Positions 37,720 through 48,974 of a stretch of 64,000 nucleotides of DNA are shown here, piece by piece (the first letter of the stretch is position 1; each line of letters opens with the position of its first letter). Where the stretch lies: NCBI RefSeq assembly GCF_963921235.1, contig NC_086097.1:153824001-153888000 (forward strand), written 5' to 3'. Below the pieces are notes generated by a model, which was not told the DNA's origin, searched no databases, and was given only the letters and a program-made list of their open reading frames with translations. Origin of the DNA: Mobula hypostoma (Eukaryota). Position numbers and translations under genes: made by a program.

Positions 37720-37965
37720 TGGAAATCGCTTTTTTATTGTCATGTGTACCAAGATACCATGAGAAATCTTTTGTTTCCATACAATGCATACAGATCACTC
37801 CATTCATAAGTACATCAAGTAGCACAAAAGGGAAAATATATACACAGAATGCAAAATATAGTGTTACAGTTGCAGAGAAAGTGCAATGCAAGTAGAGACA
37901 TAAAGTGCAAGAGCTATAATGAGGTAGACTGGGAGACTGGGTGCATCTGAAGGGTCTGTTCAACG
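37720..37965 (-). repeat. Non-LTR 3'-end repeat
   Basis: Same family as 33500-33735. Confidence 0.55.
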
Positions 37966-37974
37966 TCTTACATT

Positions 37975-38560
37975 GGTCTCAGTGATGCCCACAACGTCAC
38001 ACCTGCCAATCTGTAACTGCTCTACTTTATCATCTACCTTAATCCATATACTGCATACATTCAAATATAACACCTTCAGTCCTGTATTCATCACTCTTTT
38101 TGATTTTGCCCCATGTTAAATTTCAACACATCCCACTAACTGCAATTATGCCCCGTTATCTGCCTATCCTTCCTCACAGTCTCTCTACACACTGCATCAA
38201 CTTGTATACTAATTTTCCCATCCACAGCCTTGTCACTCTGGTTCCCATCCCCCTGATAACTTAGATTAAACCCTCCCTGACAGCTCAAGCAAATGGATCT
38301 CCCCACCCCCTGCAAGGTTCAGGTGAACCTGTCCTTTTTGTACATGTCAATGATCCAGAAATCTAAAACTCTGTCTCCTACACCACTTCTTCAACCACTC
38401 ATTCAGCTGTGTTATCATCCTGTTCCTGACGTGACTAGCACATGGTACTGGGAGTAATCCAGAGATTATTACCTTGAATGTCCTACTCTTCAACCTGTTC
38501 CCCAACTCTCTGTGTTCACTGCAAAGCACCTCTTCCCCTTTTTACCGATATCATTGGAGC
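37975..38560 (-). mobile_element. CR1 fragment: ORF1 (SGNH esterase-like) end and ORF2 start
   Basis: ORF 38347-38529 (LKSRTFKVIISGLLPVP..LNEWLKKWCRRQSFRFLDH), followed by YLNVCSI..QLQIGRCDVVGITET. Confidence 0.8.
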
Positions 38561-39040
38561 CAATCTGCACCCACTTTCCCACGTAAAGTCAAAGTTAAAA
38601 GTCTTGCTTCATATACAAAGCCAGATTGCAGGAAATTTTAATGTCCAGAAATGTGTTCCTATTGGCATTTCTAAATATGGTCGATTGAAGTCGTTGACTA
38701 AAATTTAAAACATTGAATAGAATGAAAGGACACACTTCATGCTATTGACTAGGGATGAAATCATTAGCATATGTGCTCTCAGTCCTTACGATCTTGGACT
38801 TTCCAAATTTTTAAAACAGATCTAACATATATCTCTTCTTCAGATTTTTGTTCTTCTGGGACTCTGTGGCACTCATGAAATACAGACTGATTGTTTAAGG
38901 TCATTCTTCATACCTGTTAAGAAGCACTCAAGGTGTCAGTTTAGTTGTCCAAAACCTTACAGTTCTGAAAGGTATTTTCAGTTTCTAAGCTGCTACCATC
39001 ATTTCTGTTTCATGCTACATCTATCAGACTGACATTCCCT

Positions 39041-41913
39041 CACACAGCATAAGGAATAAGGTGGATGATCTTGTTGTACAGCTACAGATTGGCAGGTATG
39101 ATATTGTGGCCATCACCGAGACGTGGCTAAAGGATGCATGTCTCTGGGAGCTGAACGTCCAAGGATACACGGTGTATCGGAAGGATAGGAAGGTAGGCAG
39201 AGGGGGAGGCGTGGCTTTATTGGTAAGAAATGATATTAAATCATTAGAAAGAGGTGATATAGGATCGGAAGGTACAGAATCTTTATGGATTGAGCTAAGG
39301 AATAGCAGGGGTAAAAAGACCCTGATGGCAGTTATTTATAGGCCTCCAAACAGCTGCAGGGATGTGGACTACAAATTACAACTGGAAATAGAAAAGGCTT
39401 GTCAGAAGGGCAGTGTTATGATAATTGTGGGGGATTTTAACATGCGAGTACATTGGAAAAATCAGGTCGGCACTGGATCTCAAGAGAGAGAATTTGTAGA
39501 ATGTCTGCGAGATGGCTTTTTAGAACAGCTTGTTGTTGAACCCACTAGGGGATCGGCTGTACTGGATTGGGTATTGTGTAATGAACCGGAGGTGATTGGA
39601 GAGATTGAGGTGAAGGAACCCTTAGGAGGCAGTGATCATAACATGATTGAGTTCACAGTGAAATTAGAAAAAGAGAAGCCGAAATCTGATGTGTCGGTGT
39701 TTCAGTGGAGTAAAGGAAATTACAGTGGCATGAGAGAGGAACTGGCCAAAGTTGACTGGAAAGAGACACTGGCGGGAAAGACGGCAGAGCAGCAGTGGCT
39801 GGAGTTTATGCGAAAAATGAGGAATGTGCAAGACAGGTATATTCCAAAAAAGAAGAAATTTTTGAGTGAAAAAAGGATGCAACCGTGGTTGACAAGAGAA
39901 GTCAAAGCCAAAGTTAAAGCAAAGGAGAGGGCATACAAGGAAGCAAAAATTAGTGGGAAGACAGAGGATTGGGAAGTTTTTAAAACCTTACAAAAGGAAA
40001 CCAAGAAGGTCATTAAGAGAGAAAAGATTAACTATGAAAGGAAACTAGCAAATAATATCAAAGAGGATACTAAAAGCTTTTTCAAGTATATAAAGAGTAA
40101 AAGACAGGTAAGAGTAGATATAGGACCGAAAGAAAATGATACTGGAGAAATTGTAATGGGAGATGAGGAGATGGCAGAGGAACTGAACAAGTATTTTGCA
40201 TCAGTCTTCACTGAGGAAGACAGCAGGATACAGGACACTCAAGGGTGGCAGGGAAGAGAAGTGTGCGCAGTCACAATTACGACAGAGAAAGTACTCAGGA
40301 GGCTGAATAGGCTAAAGGTAGATAAATCTCCCGGACCAGATGGAATGCACCCTCGTGTTTTGAAGGAAGTAGCTGTGGAGATTGCGGAGGCATTAGCGAT
40401 GATCTTTCAAAAGTCGATAGATTCTGGCATGGTTCCGGAAGACTGGAAGATTGCAAATGTCACTCCGCTATTTAAAAAGGGGGCAAGGAAGCAAAAAGGA
40501 AATTATAGACCTGTTAGCTTGACGTCGGTGGTTGGGAAGTTGTTGGAGTCGATTGTCAAGGATGAGGTTACAGAGTACCTGGAGGCATATGACAAGATAG
40601 GCAGAACTCAGCATGGATTCCTTAAAGGAAAATCCTGCCTGACAAACCTATTACAATTTTTTGAGGAAATTACCAGTAGGCTAGACAAGGGAGATGCAGT
40701 GGATGTTGCATATTTGGATTTTCAGAAGGCCTTTGACAAGGTGCCACACATGAGGCTACTTAACAAGATAAGAGCCCATGGAATTACGGGAAAGTTACAT
40801 ACGTGGATAGAGCGTTGGCTGATTGGCAGCAAACAGAGAGTGGGAATAAAGGGATCCTATTCTGGTTGGCTGCCGGTTACCAGTGGTGTTCCACAGGGAT
40901 CAGTGTTGGGGCCGCTTCTTTTTACATTGTACATCAACGATCTGGATTATGGAATAGATGGCTTTGTGGCTAAGTTTGCTGACGATACAAAGATAGGTGG
41001 AGGGGCCGGTAGTGCTGAGGAAACGGAGAGTCTGCAGAGAGACTTGGATAGATTGGAAGAATGGGCAAAGAAGTGGCAAATGAAGTACAATGTTGGAAAG
41101 TGTATGGTTATGCACTTTGGCAGAAAAAATAAACGGGCAGACTATTACTTAAATGGGGAAAGAATTCAAAGTTCTGAGATGCAACGGGACTTGGGAGTCC
41201 TCGTACAGGATTCCCTTAAAGTTAACCTCCAGGTTGAGTCAGTAGTGAAGAAGGCGAATGCAATGTTGGCATTCATTTCTAGAGGAATAGAGTATAGGAG
41301 CAGGGATGTGATGTTGAGGCTCTATAAGGTGCTGGTGAGACCTCACTTGGAGTACTGTGGGCAGTTTTGGTCTCCTTATTTAAGAAAGGATGTGCTGACG
41401 TTGGAGAGGGTACAGAGAAGATTCACGAGAATGATTCCGGGAATGAGAGGGTTAACATATGAGGAACTTTTGTCCGCTCTTGGACTGTATTCCTTGGAGT
41501 TTAGAAGAATGAGGGGAGACCTCATAGAAACATTTCGAATGTTAAAAGGCATGGACAGAGTGGATGTGGCAAAGTTGTTTCCCATGATGGGGGGAGTCTA
41601 GTACGAGAGGGCATGACTTCAGGATTGAAGGGCGCCCTTTCAGAAAAGAAATGCGAAGAAATGTTTTTAGTCAGAGGGTGGTGAATCTATGGAATTTGTT
41701 ACCACGGGCAGCAGTGGAGGCCAAGTCATTAGGTGTATTTAAGGCAGAGATTGATAGGTATCTGAGTAGCCAGGGCATCAAAAGTTATGGTGAGAAGGCG
41801 GGGCAGTGGGACTAAATAGGATAAAATGGATCAGCTCATGATAAAGTGGCGGAGCAGACTCGATGGGCCGAATGGCCTACTTCTGCTTCTTTGTCTTATG
41901 GTCTTATGGTCTA
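39041..41913 (+). mobile_element. Young CR1 LINE containing nearly all of ORF2
   Basis: Starts at HSIRNK of the APE domain; tail TCTTATGGTCTTATGGTCT; flanked by TCCCT on both sides. Confidence 0.96.
39061..41601 (+). CDS. CR1 ORF2 endonuclease/reverse transcriptase, 846-aa open frame (5'-truncated, C-terminal frameshift)
   Basis: APE motifs (ITETW, YRPP, GDFN, SDH) and RT motifs (KSPGPDG, NYRPVSL, QHGF, LDFQKAFD, GVPQGSVLGP, FADD, RDLGV). Confidence 0.9.
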   Translation: MDDLVVQLQIGRYDIVAITETWLKDACLWELNVQGYTVYRKDRKVGRGGGVALLVRNDIKSLERGDIGSEGTESLWIELRNSRGKKTLMAVIYRPPNSCRDVDYKLQLEIEKACQKGSVMIIVGDFNMRVHWKNQVGTGSQEREFVECLRDGFLEQLVVEPTRGSAVLDWVLCNEPEVIGEIEVKEPLGGSDHNMIEFTVKLEKEKPKSDVSVFQWSKGNYSGMREELAKVDWKETLAGKTAEQQWLEFMRKMRNVQDRYIPKKKKFLSEKRMQPWLTREVKAKVKAKERAYKEAKISGKTEDWEVFKTLQKETKKVIKREKINYERKLANNIKEDTKSFFKYIKSKRQVRVDIGPKENDTGEIVMGDEEMAEELNKYFASVFTEEDSRIQDTQGWQGREVCAVTITTEKVLRRLNRLKVDKSPGPDGMHPRVLKEVAVEIAEALAMIFQKSIDSGMVPEDWKIANVTPLFKKGARKQKGNYRPVSLTSVVGKLLESIVKDEVTEYLEAYDKIGRTQHGFLKGKSCLTNLLQFFEEITSRLDKGDAVDVAYLDFQKAFDKVPHMRLLNKIRAHGITGKLHTWIERWLIGSKQRVGIKGSYSGWLPVTSGVPQGSVLGPLLFTLYINDLDYGIDGFVAKFADDTKIGGGAGSAEETESLQRDLDRLEEWAKKWQMKYNVGKCMVMHFGRKNKRADYYLNGERIQSSEMQRDLGVLVQDSLKVNLQVESVVKKANAMLAFISRGIEYRSRDVMLRLYKVLVRPHLEYCGQFWSPYLRKDVLTLERVQRRFTRMIPGMRGLTYEELLSALGLYSLEFRRMRGDLIETFRMLKGMDRVDVAKLFPMMGGV

Positions 41914-42193
41914 TCCCTAATGCTGGTCTTATAAAATAATGTTTGTGAAGTGCAGAGACACAAAACACTTCTGTTGATTTCCCTTATCTATTGAATGAAG
42001 GCATGTACAAAAACAGGTGAATGTAATCCATGCCGTGTCACGATATAAAACAATGGACATTACAATTCATGTTAGATTGTGGCCACATTTATTTATAAGA
42101 GCAGAAAATATGTGTTTTGGCTGAGGCTTTAATATTTCCTTGTAAATATGATAGGTGTACTTAGTTGTCAAACACTTTTCTTACCTTTGTGGA

Positions 42194-42833
42194 TATGCCA
42201 AGAAGGCCCACCAGCGCCTTTACTTCCTGAGAAAGCTAAAGAAATTTGGCCTGTCCCCTAAAACCCTCACTAATTTTTATAGATGCACGGTAGAAAGCAT
42301 TCTTCTAGGGTGCATCACAACCTGGTATGGAAGTTGTCCTGCCCAAGACCGGAAGAAGCTGCGGAAGGTCGTGAACACAGCCCAGCACATCACACAAACC
42401 AATCTTCCGTCCTTGGACTCACTTTACACCACACGCTATCAGAGCAGTTCTGCCAGGATAATCAAGGACACGACCCACCCAGCCAATAGACTTTTTGTCC
42501 CTCTTCCCTCTGGGAGAAGGCTCAGGAGCTTGAAGACTCGTACGGCCAGATTTGGGAACAGCTTCTTTCCAACTGTGATAAGACTGCTGAACGGATCCTG
42601 ACCTGGATCTGAGCTGTACCCTCCAAACATCCAGACCTGCCTCTTGGTTTTTTTGCACTACCTTACTTTAACTTTTCTATTTTCTATTTATGATTTATAA
42701 TTTAAATTTTTTTTATATACTATCGATTTGTACTTCAGGAAGTGCAAAGCACAGAATCAAATATCGCTGTGATGATTGTACGCTCTAGTATCAATTGTTT
42801 GGCGACAATAAAGTAAAGTAAAATCAAAGTAAA
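42194..42833 (+). mobile_element. Rex1/Babar LINE 3' fragment
   Basis: KKAHQRLYFLRKLKKFGL..FYRCTVESIL..LPSGRR..NSFFPTVIRLLN; AATAAAGTAAAGTAAA tail. Confidence 0.92.
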
Positions 42834-43106
42834 ATGATGAGTAATTAAAGGAATAAGCAAGATCTGGGACAGCAGAGAATTAACATAGTCTAAACTACTT
42901 CCTGGATCAGATTTTAGCTAATGAGCTATCCAGCTAGGCAAAGTTCGAGAGTTCAGACTCTTACATGAAGGAAGGACATGTAGTTACCTTACTAAAGAAA
43001 ACCCTGCTCTACTCTAACAAGAACAAATGACTTTGAGAAAGAAAGAAAGACATTGATCCATTGAAGCCATAGGGGTGACAGACCTGAGAAGTAAAGATGC
43101 AAGCAT

Positions 43107-44095
43107 AAACACAAGAGATACTGCAGATGCTGGAAATCCAGAGCAACAAAATGCAGGAGGAACTCAGCAGGTCAGACAGCATCTATAGAAATGAATAAGC
43201 AGGCAATGTTTCGAGCCGAGATCCTTCATTAGGATTGGAAAGGAAGGGGTAGATGCCAGAATATGAAGGGCAGGGGAAGGGGAGGAGGACAAGTTAGAGA
43301 GTGACACGTGAAGCCAGATGGGCGGGGAAGGGGAACGAATTAAGAAGCTGGCTTGTGATAAGTGGAAAAGGCAAAGGAATGTAGAAGGAAACAGATAGGA
43401 AAGAGGAGAGAGTATCATGGGAGAGAGCGAAGGAGGAAGAGCACCAGAGGTGTGACAGGCAAGTGAGGAGATGAGGTAAGAGACCAGAGTGGGGAAATAA
43501 ATGGGGAAGGGGAAATTACCTGAAATTGGAGAAATTGATGTTCAATCCATCAAGTTGGAGCCTACTTAGATGGAATATGAGGTGTTGCCCTTCCAACCTG
43601 AGAGTGACCTCATCGTGGCAGAAGAGGAGGATCTGGACTGATGTGTTGGCACGAGATTGGGGATAGGATTTGAAATGGTTGGCCACTGGGAAATAAGACT
43701 TCTAGTGGATGGAGCTGAGGTACTTGACAAAGCGGTCCCCCAGTCTATGCTGGGTCTCACCAATGTAGAGGAGGCTACATTGGGAGCATTGTATACATTA
43801 GATGACCCCAACAGATTCACAGGTGAAGTGTTGCCTTACCTGGAAAGAACGTTTGTGTCTCAAAATAGAGATGAGAGAGCAGTTAAATGACCAAGTACAG
43901 CATTTCTTCTATTTGAAGGGATAATGGCAAGAGGGAGATTAGTGGGGAGGGATGTAAGGACCAGGGAATCATCGAGGGAGTAAATCTCTGCAGAAAGCGG
44001 GAAGTGGAAGGTGAGCAGACAAAGATCTGTTTGGTGGTAAGATCCCTTTGAAGATGGCAGAAGTTGTGGATAATAATCTGTTGGATACGTAGGCT
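43107..44095 (-). mobile_element. Penelope-like element 3' part
   Basis: Reverse complement parallels 24570-25478, including the LYIGET GIY-YIG motif at ~43755-43770, and ends in the terminal repeat. Confidence 0.85.
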
Positions 44096-45439
44096 CGAAA
44101 TGCAATATTTATTATAAATGGAAAGCTCAATCAAAACTTGGAGTTCACCTTAAGCCACACCGAAGCAAAATGGGCAGAGTACAAAACTCACAAAATTACT
44201 TGAAGTATGTAAAGGCTTATAATATATATTCTACTATTTGTGGTTTTATACAGAAAGGGTTAAGTGAAGTAATATTGTATAGTGCTTCAAATGAGAGTCA
44301 GCTAAGCTAAATGAAACAAGCTCCAAAAGCAATCCAAAGAAAGTCAATTTTAGATCGAATACTACGGTCCAGTTTATAATGAGACCACAGGTTTACATTT
44401 ACAAAATAAGTTAAATGAAAATAGAACCTCAAATTAACCAAGCAAATTGAAATTCTGCTGAGATAAAGAAAGCTAAGAAAAAGGTCAAAAGATTACATAC
44501 AGCAAACAAAATATCCTGTTCATTATTTACGCAATCTGGACCTCTCTAAACTGCTTTGCATCAGATTGTGCTTGTTTGGGATAAACAAAAGTAATTGCTT
44601 TGTTCCTATTTTGATATAGGATTTTGAATCTGTTTAATCATTCTTAAGTAAAAAAACAAATGCTTCTCATTCTCTTTTCCTTCTGGCAACATTAATTTTC
44701 AGTCCATCACAAATCCAAGGTTAGAAGACGTCAGCAATATGGCAGACATTCCTTCCAATTGTTGTTGTATTAAAAGCAGTGAGCATAACCAGCCCATCAG
44801 TTTCTGAAGAAACAAGACCATCAGCTGATAATGAGCGGCTAAATTTTGTAGCATCTAATCCCTGATATTTGGGGCTACCGACTGAGATGAAGAGATTACT
44901 CTTGTTGGTTTGCTATCAGTATCACAACCGGTTTCCTGGCCACCTTTACAGTGGCAAGAGGAATAGTGCTCAGTATGGTATAATAGCTTCTTCTATGAAA
45001 GCTCCCAATGTTCATTCAGGGACATCATTGATCGTCAGCTTTCCTCAAACAATGGCTGCCCAGGTTTGCTGTCTTCATGAAGATTTTATGGTGGCATTAT
45101 GAAGTCAATAAAAGTAAATTAGTTTTTCCACTTTGACAGATATCTTTCTGTTCCTTTTGAGGCCACTGCCAATATTTGCAAACTAGGAAAAATTAATGGG
45201 TCTTTACCATGAATTACTGAATTGCTCATTCTCCACAATACATTAGCAGACTCCACTTAAATGCTCTCCCTGTTCTTTTACTCTTGCTTCCGTCCTTTTT
45301 ATTAAAAGTAGGATCATTCACCAGTTTATGCATCTCTGTTACATTTTGCTTCCTCTTACCTCAGTTAAACCAACGCCTATTTCCTTTTCAATGTTTATTT
45401 CTTCATCTTTACATCAGACTAATTTTTACCAATCCATAT

Positions 45440-45525
45440 CATAGAAACATAGAAACATAGAAAATAGGTGCAGGAGTAGGCCATTCGGCCCTTCGAGCCT
45501 GCACCGCCATTTATTATGATCATTG
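45440..45525 (-). mobile_element. Very short CR1 3' tail
   Basis: CATAGAAACATAGAAAATAGGTGCAGGAGTAGGCCATTCGGCCC nearly identical to 51842-51920. Confidence 0.85.
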
Positions 45526-45693
45526 CACCCCAGCTCATCCTTCCTGCCTGGTAACAGTAAAACTGCTATAAAGCAACAATTTGTTATAGTTTATATCTGA
45601 ATTATTGTACCTGGATTTCAGTGGACAGAACACTGGAGATAGAATACGACCTGCTGAGGTGATTATATAGTGTGATTAAGGATACATATTACA

Positions 45694-47763
45694 TAGAACA
45701 TAGAACATAGAATAGTACAGCACAGTACAGGCCCTTCGGCCCACAATGTTGTGCCGACCCTCAAACCCTGCCTCCCATATAAGTCCCCACCTTTAATTCC
45801 TCCATATACCTGTCTAGTAGTCTCTTAAACTTCACTAGTGTATCTGCCTCCACCACTAAATCAGGCAGTGCATTCCACGCACCAACCACTCTCTGAGTAA
45901 AAAACCTTCCTCTAATATCCCCCTTGAACTTCCCACCCCTTACCTTAAAGCCATGTCCTCTTGTATTGAGCAGTGGTGCCCTGGGGAAGAGACGCTGGCT
46001 GTCCACTCTATCTATTCCTCTTATTATCTTGTACACCTCTATCATGTCTCCTCTCATCCTCCTTCTCTCCAAAGAGTAAAACTCTAGCTCCCTTAATCTC
46101 TGATCATAATCCATACTCTCTAAACCAGGCAGCATCCTGGTAAATCTCCTCTGTACCCTTTCCAATGCTTCCACATCCTTCCTATAGTGAGGTGACCAGA
46201 ACTGGATACAGTACTCCAAGTGTGGCCTAACCAGAGTTTTACAGAGCTGCATCATTACACCGCGACTCTTAAACTCTATTCCTCGACTTATGAAAGCTAA
46301 CACCCCATAAACTTTCTTAACTACCCTATCCACCTGTGAGGCAACTTTCAGGGATCTGTGGACATGTACCCTGAGATCCCTCTGCTCCTCCACACCACCA
46401 GGTATCCTGCCATTTACTTTGTATTCTGCCTTGGAGTTTGTCCTTCCAAAGTGTACCACCTCACACTTCTCCGGGTTGAACTCCATCTGCCACTTCTCAG
46501 CCCACTCCTGCATCCTATCAATGTCTCTCTGCAATCTTTGACAATTCTCTACACTATCTACAACACCACCAACCTTTGTGTCGTCTGCAAACTTGCCAAC
46601 CCACCCTTCCACCCCCACATCCAGGTCGTTAATAAAAATCACGAAAAGTGGAGGTCCCAGAACAGATCCTTGTGGGACACCACTAGTCACAATCCTCCAA
46701 TCTGAATGTACTCCCTCCACCACCACCCTCTGCCTTCTACAGGCAATCCAATTCTGAATCCACCTGTCCAAACTTCCCTGGATCCCATGCCTTCTAACTT
46801 TCTGAATAAGCCTACCGAGTGGAACCTTGTCAAATGCCTTACTAAAATCCATATAGATCACATCCACTGCACTACCCTCATCCATGTGCCTGGTCACCCC
46901 CTCAAAGAACTCTATCAGGCTTGTTAGACACGATCTGCCCTTCACAAAGCCATGCTGACTGTCCCTGATCAGACCATGATTCTCTAAATGCCCATAGATC
47001 CTATCTCTAAGAATCTTTTCCAACCGCTTTCCCACCACAGACGTAAGGCTCACTAGTCTATAATTACCCAGACTATCCCTACTACCTTTTTTGAACAAGG
47101 GGACAACATTCGCCTCCCTCCAATCCTCCTGTACCATTCCCATGGACAACGAGGACATAAAGATCCTAGCCAGAGGCTCAGCAATCACTTCCCTCGCCTC
47201 GCGGAGCAGCCTGGGGAATATTCTGTCAGGCCCCGGGGACTTATCTGTCCTAATATATTTTAGCAACTCCAACCTCCTCTCCCTTAATATCAACATGCGC
47301 CAGAACATCAACCTCACTCATATTGTCCTCACCATCATCAAGTTCCCTCTCGTTGGTGAATACCAAATAGAAGTATTCATTGAGGACCTTGCTCACTTCC
47401 ACAACCTCCAGGCACATCTTCCCACCTTTATCTCTAATCGGTCATACCTTCACTCCTGCCATCCTTTTTTCTTCACGTAATTGAAGAATGCCTTGGGGTT
47501 TTCCTTTACCCTACTCACCAAGGCCTTCTCATGCCCCCTTCTTGCTCTTCTCAGCCCTTTCTTAAGCTCCTTTCTTGCTTCCCTATATTCCTCAATAGAC
47601 CCATCTGATTCTTGCTTCCTAAACCTCATGTATGCTGCCTTCTTCCACCTGACTAGATTTTCCACCTCACTTGTCACCCATGGTTCCTTCACCCTATCAT
47701 TCTTTATCTTCCTCACCGGACAAATTTATCCCTAACATCCTGCAAGAGATCTCTAAACATCGA
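45694..47763 (-). mobile_element. Young 5'-truncated CR1 LINE
   Basis: Highly similar to 21550-23254; (TTCTATG)n tail; candidate TSD ATTACA at 45688-45693 and 47814-47819. Confidence 0.95.
45761..47317 (-). CDS. CR1 reverse transcriptase domain to C-terminus, 518-aa open frame
   Basis: KSPGPD, QHGF, MDFSKAFD, GVPQGSVLGP, FADD, through to a stop at the same position as in the sister copy. Confidence 0.88.
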   Translation of the reverse strand: MRLMFWRMLILRERRLELLKYIRTDKSPGPDRIFPRLLREAREVIAEPLARIFMSSLSMGMVQEDWREANVVPLFKKGSRDSLGNYRLVSLTSVVGKRLEKILRDRIYGHLENHGLIRDSQHGFVKGRSCLTSLIEFFEGVTRHMDEGSAVDVIYMDFSKAFDKVPLGRLIQKVRRHGIQGSLDRWIQNWIACRRQRVVVEGVHSDWRIVTSGVPQGSVLGPPLFVIFINDLDVGVEGWVGKFADDTKVGGVVDSVENCQRLQRDIDRMQEWAEKWQMEFNPEKCEVVHFGRTNSKAEYKVNGRIPGGVEEQRDLRVHVHRSLKVASQVDRVVKKVYGVLAFISRGIEFKSRGVMMQLCKTLVRPHLEYCIQFWSPHYRKDVEALERVQRRFTRMLPGLESMDYDQRLRELEFYSLERRRMRGDMIEVYKIIRGIDRVDSQRLFPRAPLLNTRGHGFKVRGGKFKGDIRGRFFTQRVVGAWNALPDLVVEADTLVKFKRLLDRYMEELKVGTYMGGRV

Positions 47764-48559
47764 ATTTTGGAAATGCATTTCTCTAAACATCGAATATTGG
47801 AAATGCATTTCTCATTACAGAGTAATACTGTAACGAGGTAGTAAGTTCAAGAGCAGAGTGAGGAGTCAGGCAAACCTGCATTCGATGCCCAGCATGTTCC
47901 ATACTTCCAAACTGCAAGCACCGAAATCCAAAATGCTTTGGTGTGCTTGTGTCAGTACTTGATGGCTCTGAACAGAATGAACAGCAACCTGTCAATGTCA
48001 TCCAGTCCAATATGACTCCATAAGCCTATATAGCTTTTGATTAGGAATAATTAAGTATGAGTTCCCTGTCTCCTTAGGCAGTCTCAGGATTGAAGATGAC
48101 TTGTGGGCTCTGAGGTGGATGATAAGGCTAACGTATGACACACTAATTCTGCCATGACGGGTAGGAGCAGCTTGACAGGACAGACAGACGGCTAGTGTGG
48201 AAAGTACCATTGATCTTGAGCAACTGCAGTCCATGTGGGTGGGAATGCTTTTGAATGAGGTTTGACTCAGCAACAGTGAAATGGGGAGAGAACCAGATGA
48301 ACACGCCAGCAAACTAATTTCCTGTTCCTAATCCCCTGGAAGTGCTGCGGGTGGGATGACAAATTCTTCTCCACGAGATTCATATGGATGATCCCCTGTT
48401 GTTCAGACTGCTGACAGATCTTGATTAAAAATTATTGGGCTGACAGAGGATGAACATTAAGTCTCATTAACTTCAGAAAATCAGAACAAATAAGCTAATA
48501 AAACATAATAGTGTAAACAGAAACTGAGTTACCTAGCCTTTTAAGTAAGATTGTAAACT

Positions 48560-48685
48560 CATCGACGAAGGGTTCCGGCCCGATACGTCGACCGATCTTT
48601 TCCACGGATGCTGCCAACCTGCTGAGTTCCTTCAGCGTGTTGTGAGTGTTGCTTTGACCCCAGCATCTGCAGATTATTTTGTGTC
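48560..48685 (+). repeat. Penelope-like terminal repeat fragment
   Basis: GACGAAGGGTTCCGGCCCGATACGTCGAC..GGATGCTGCC..CCTGCTGAGTTCC..CAGCATCTGCAG. Confidence 0.75.
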
Positions 48686-48974
48686 CTCAGATTGTTGATG
48701 CCCCTGATTTAGAGAAAGGTATGAATTGCAGAGAGACTGTACCAGTGAAAAAGTCAAAGTTAAGTAATGTTAGATATAATTTTTACCCTGTACATGGTAG
48801 TTTTCTTCCCCTTACAGCTATTCACATCAAAGAAAACATTATCATCTACATTTTTTGTCCCTCTGTGTTTGAGTTCATATCCTCAAATGGTTTCTGTAAC
48901 GTTGCATTCAGTCCTCATCTTACTCTGGGAAGACAGAATGATAACTACTGGGAAGGGAAATGCTAAATTTGAGT

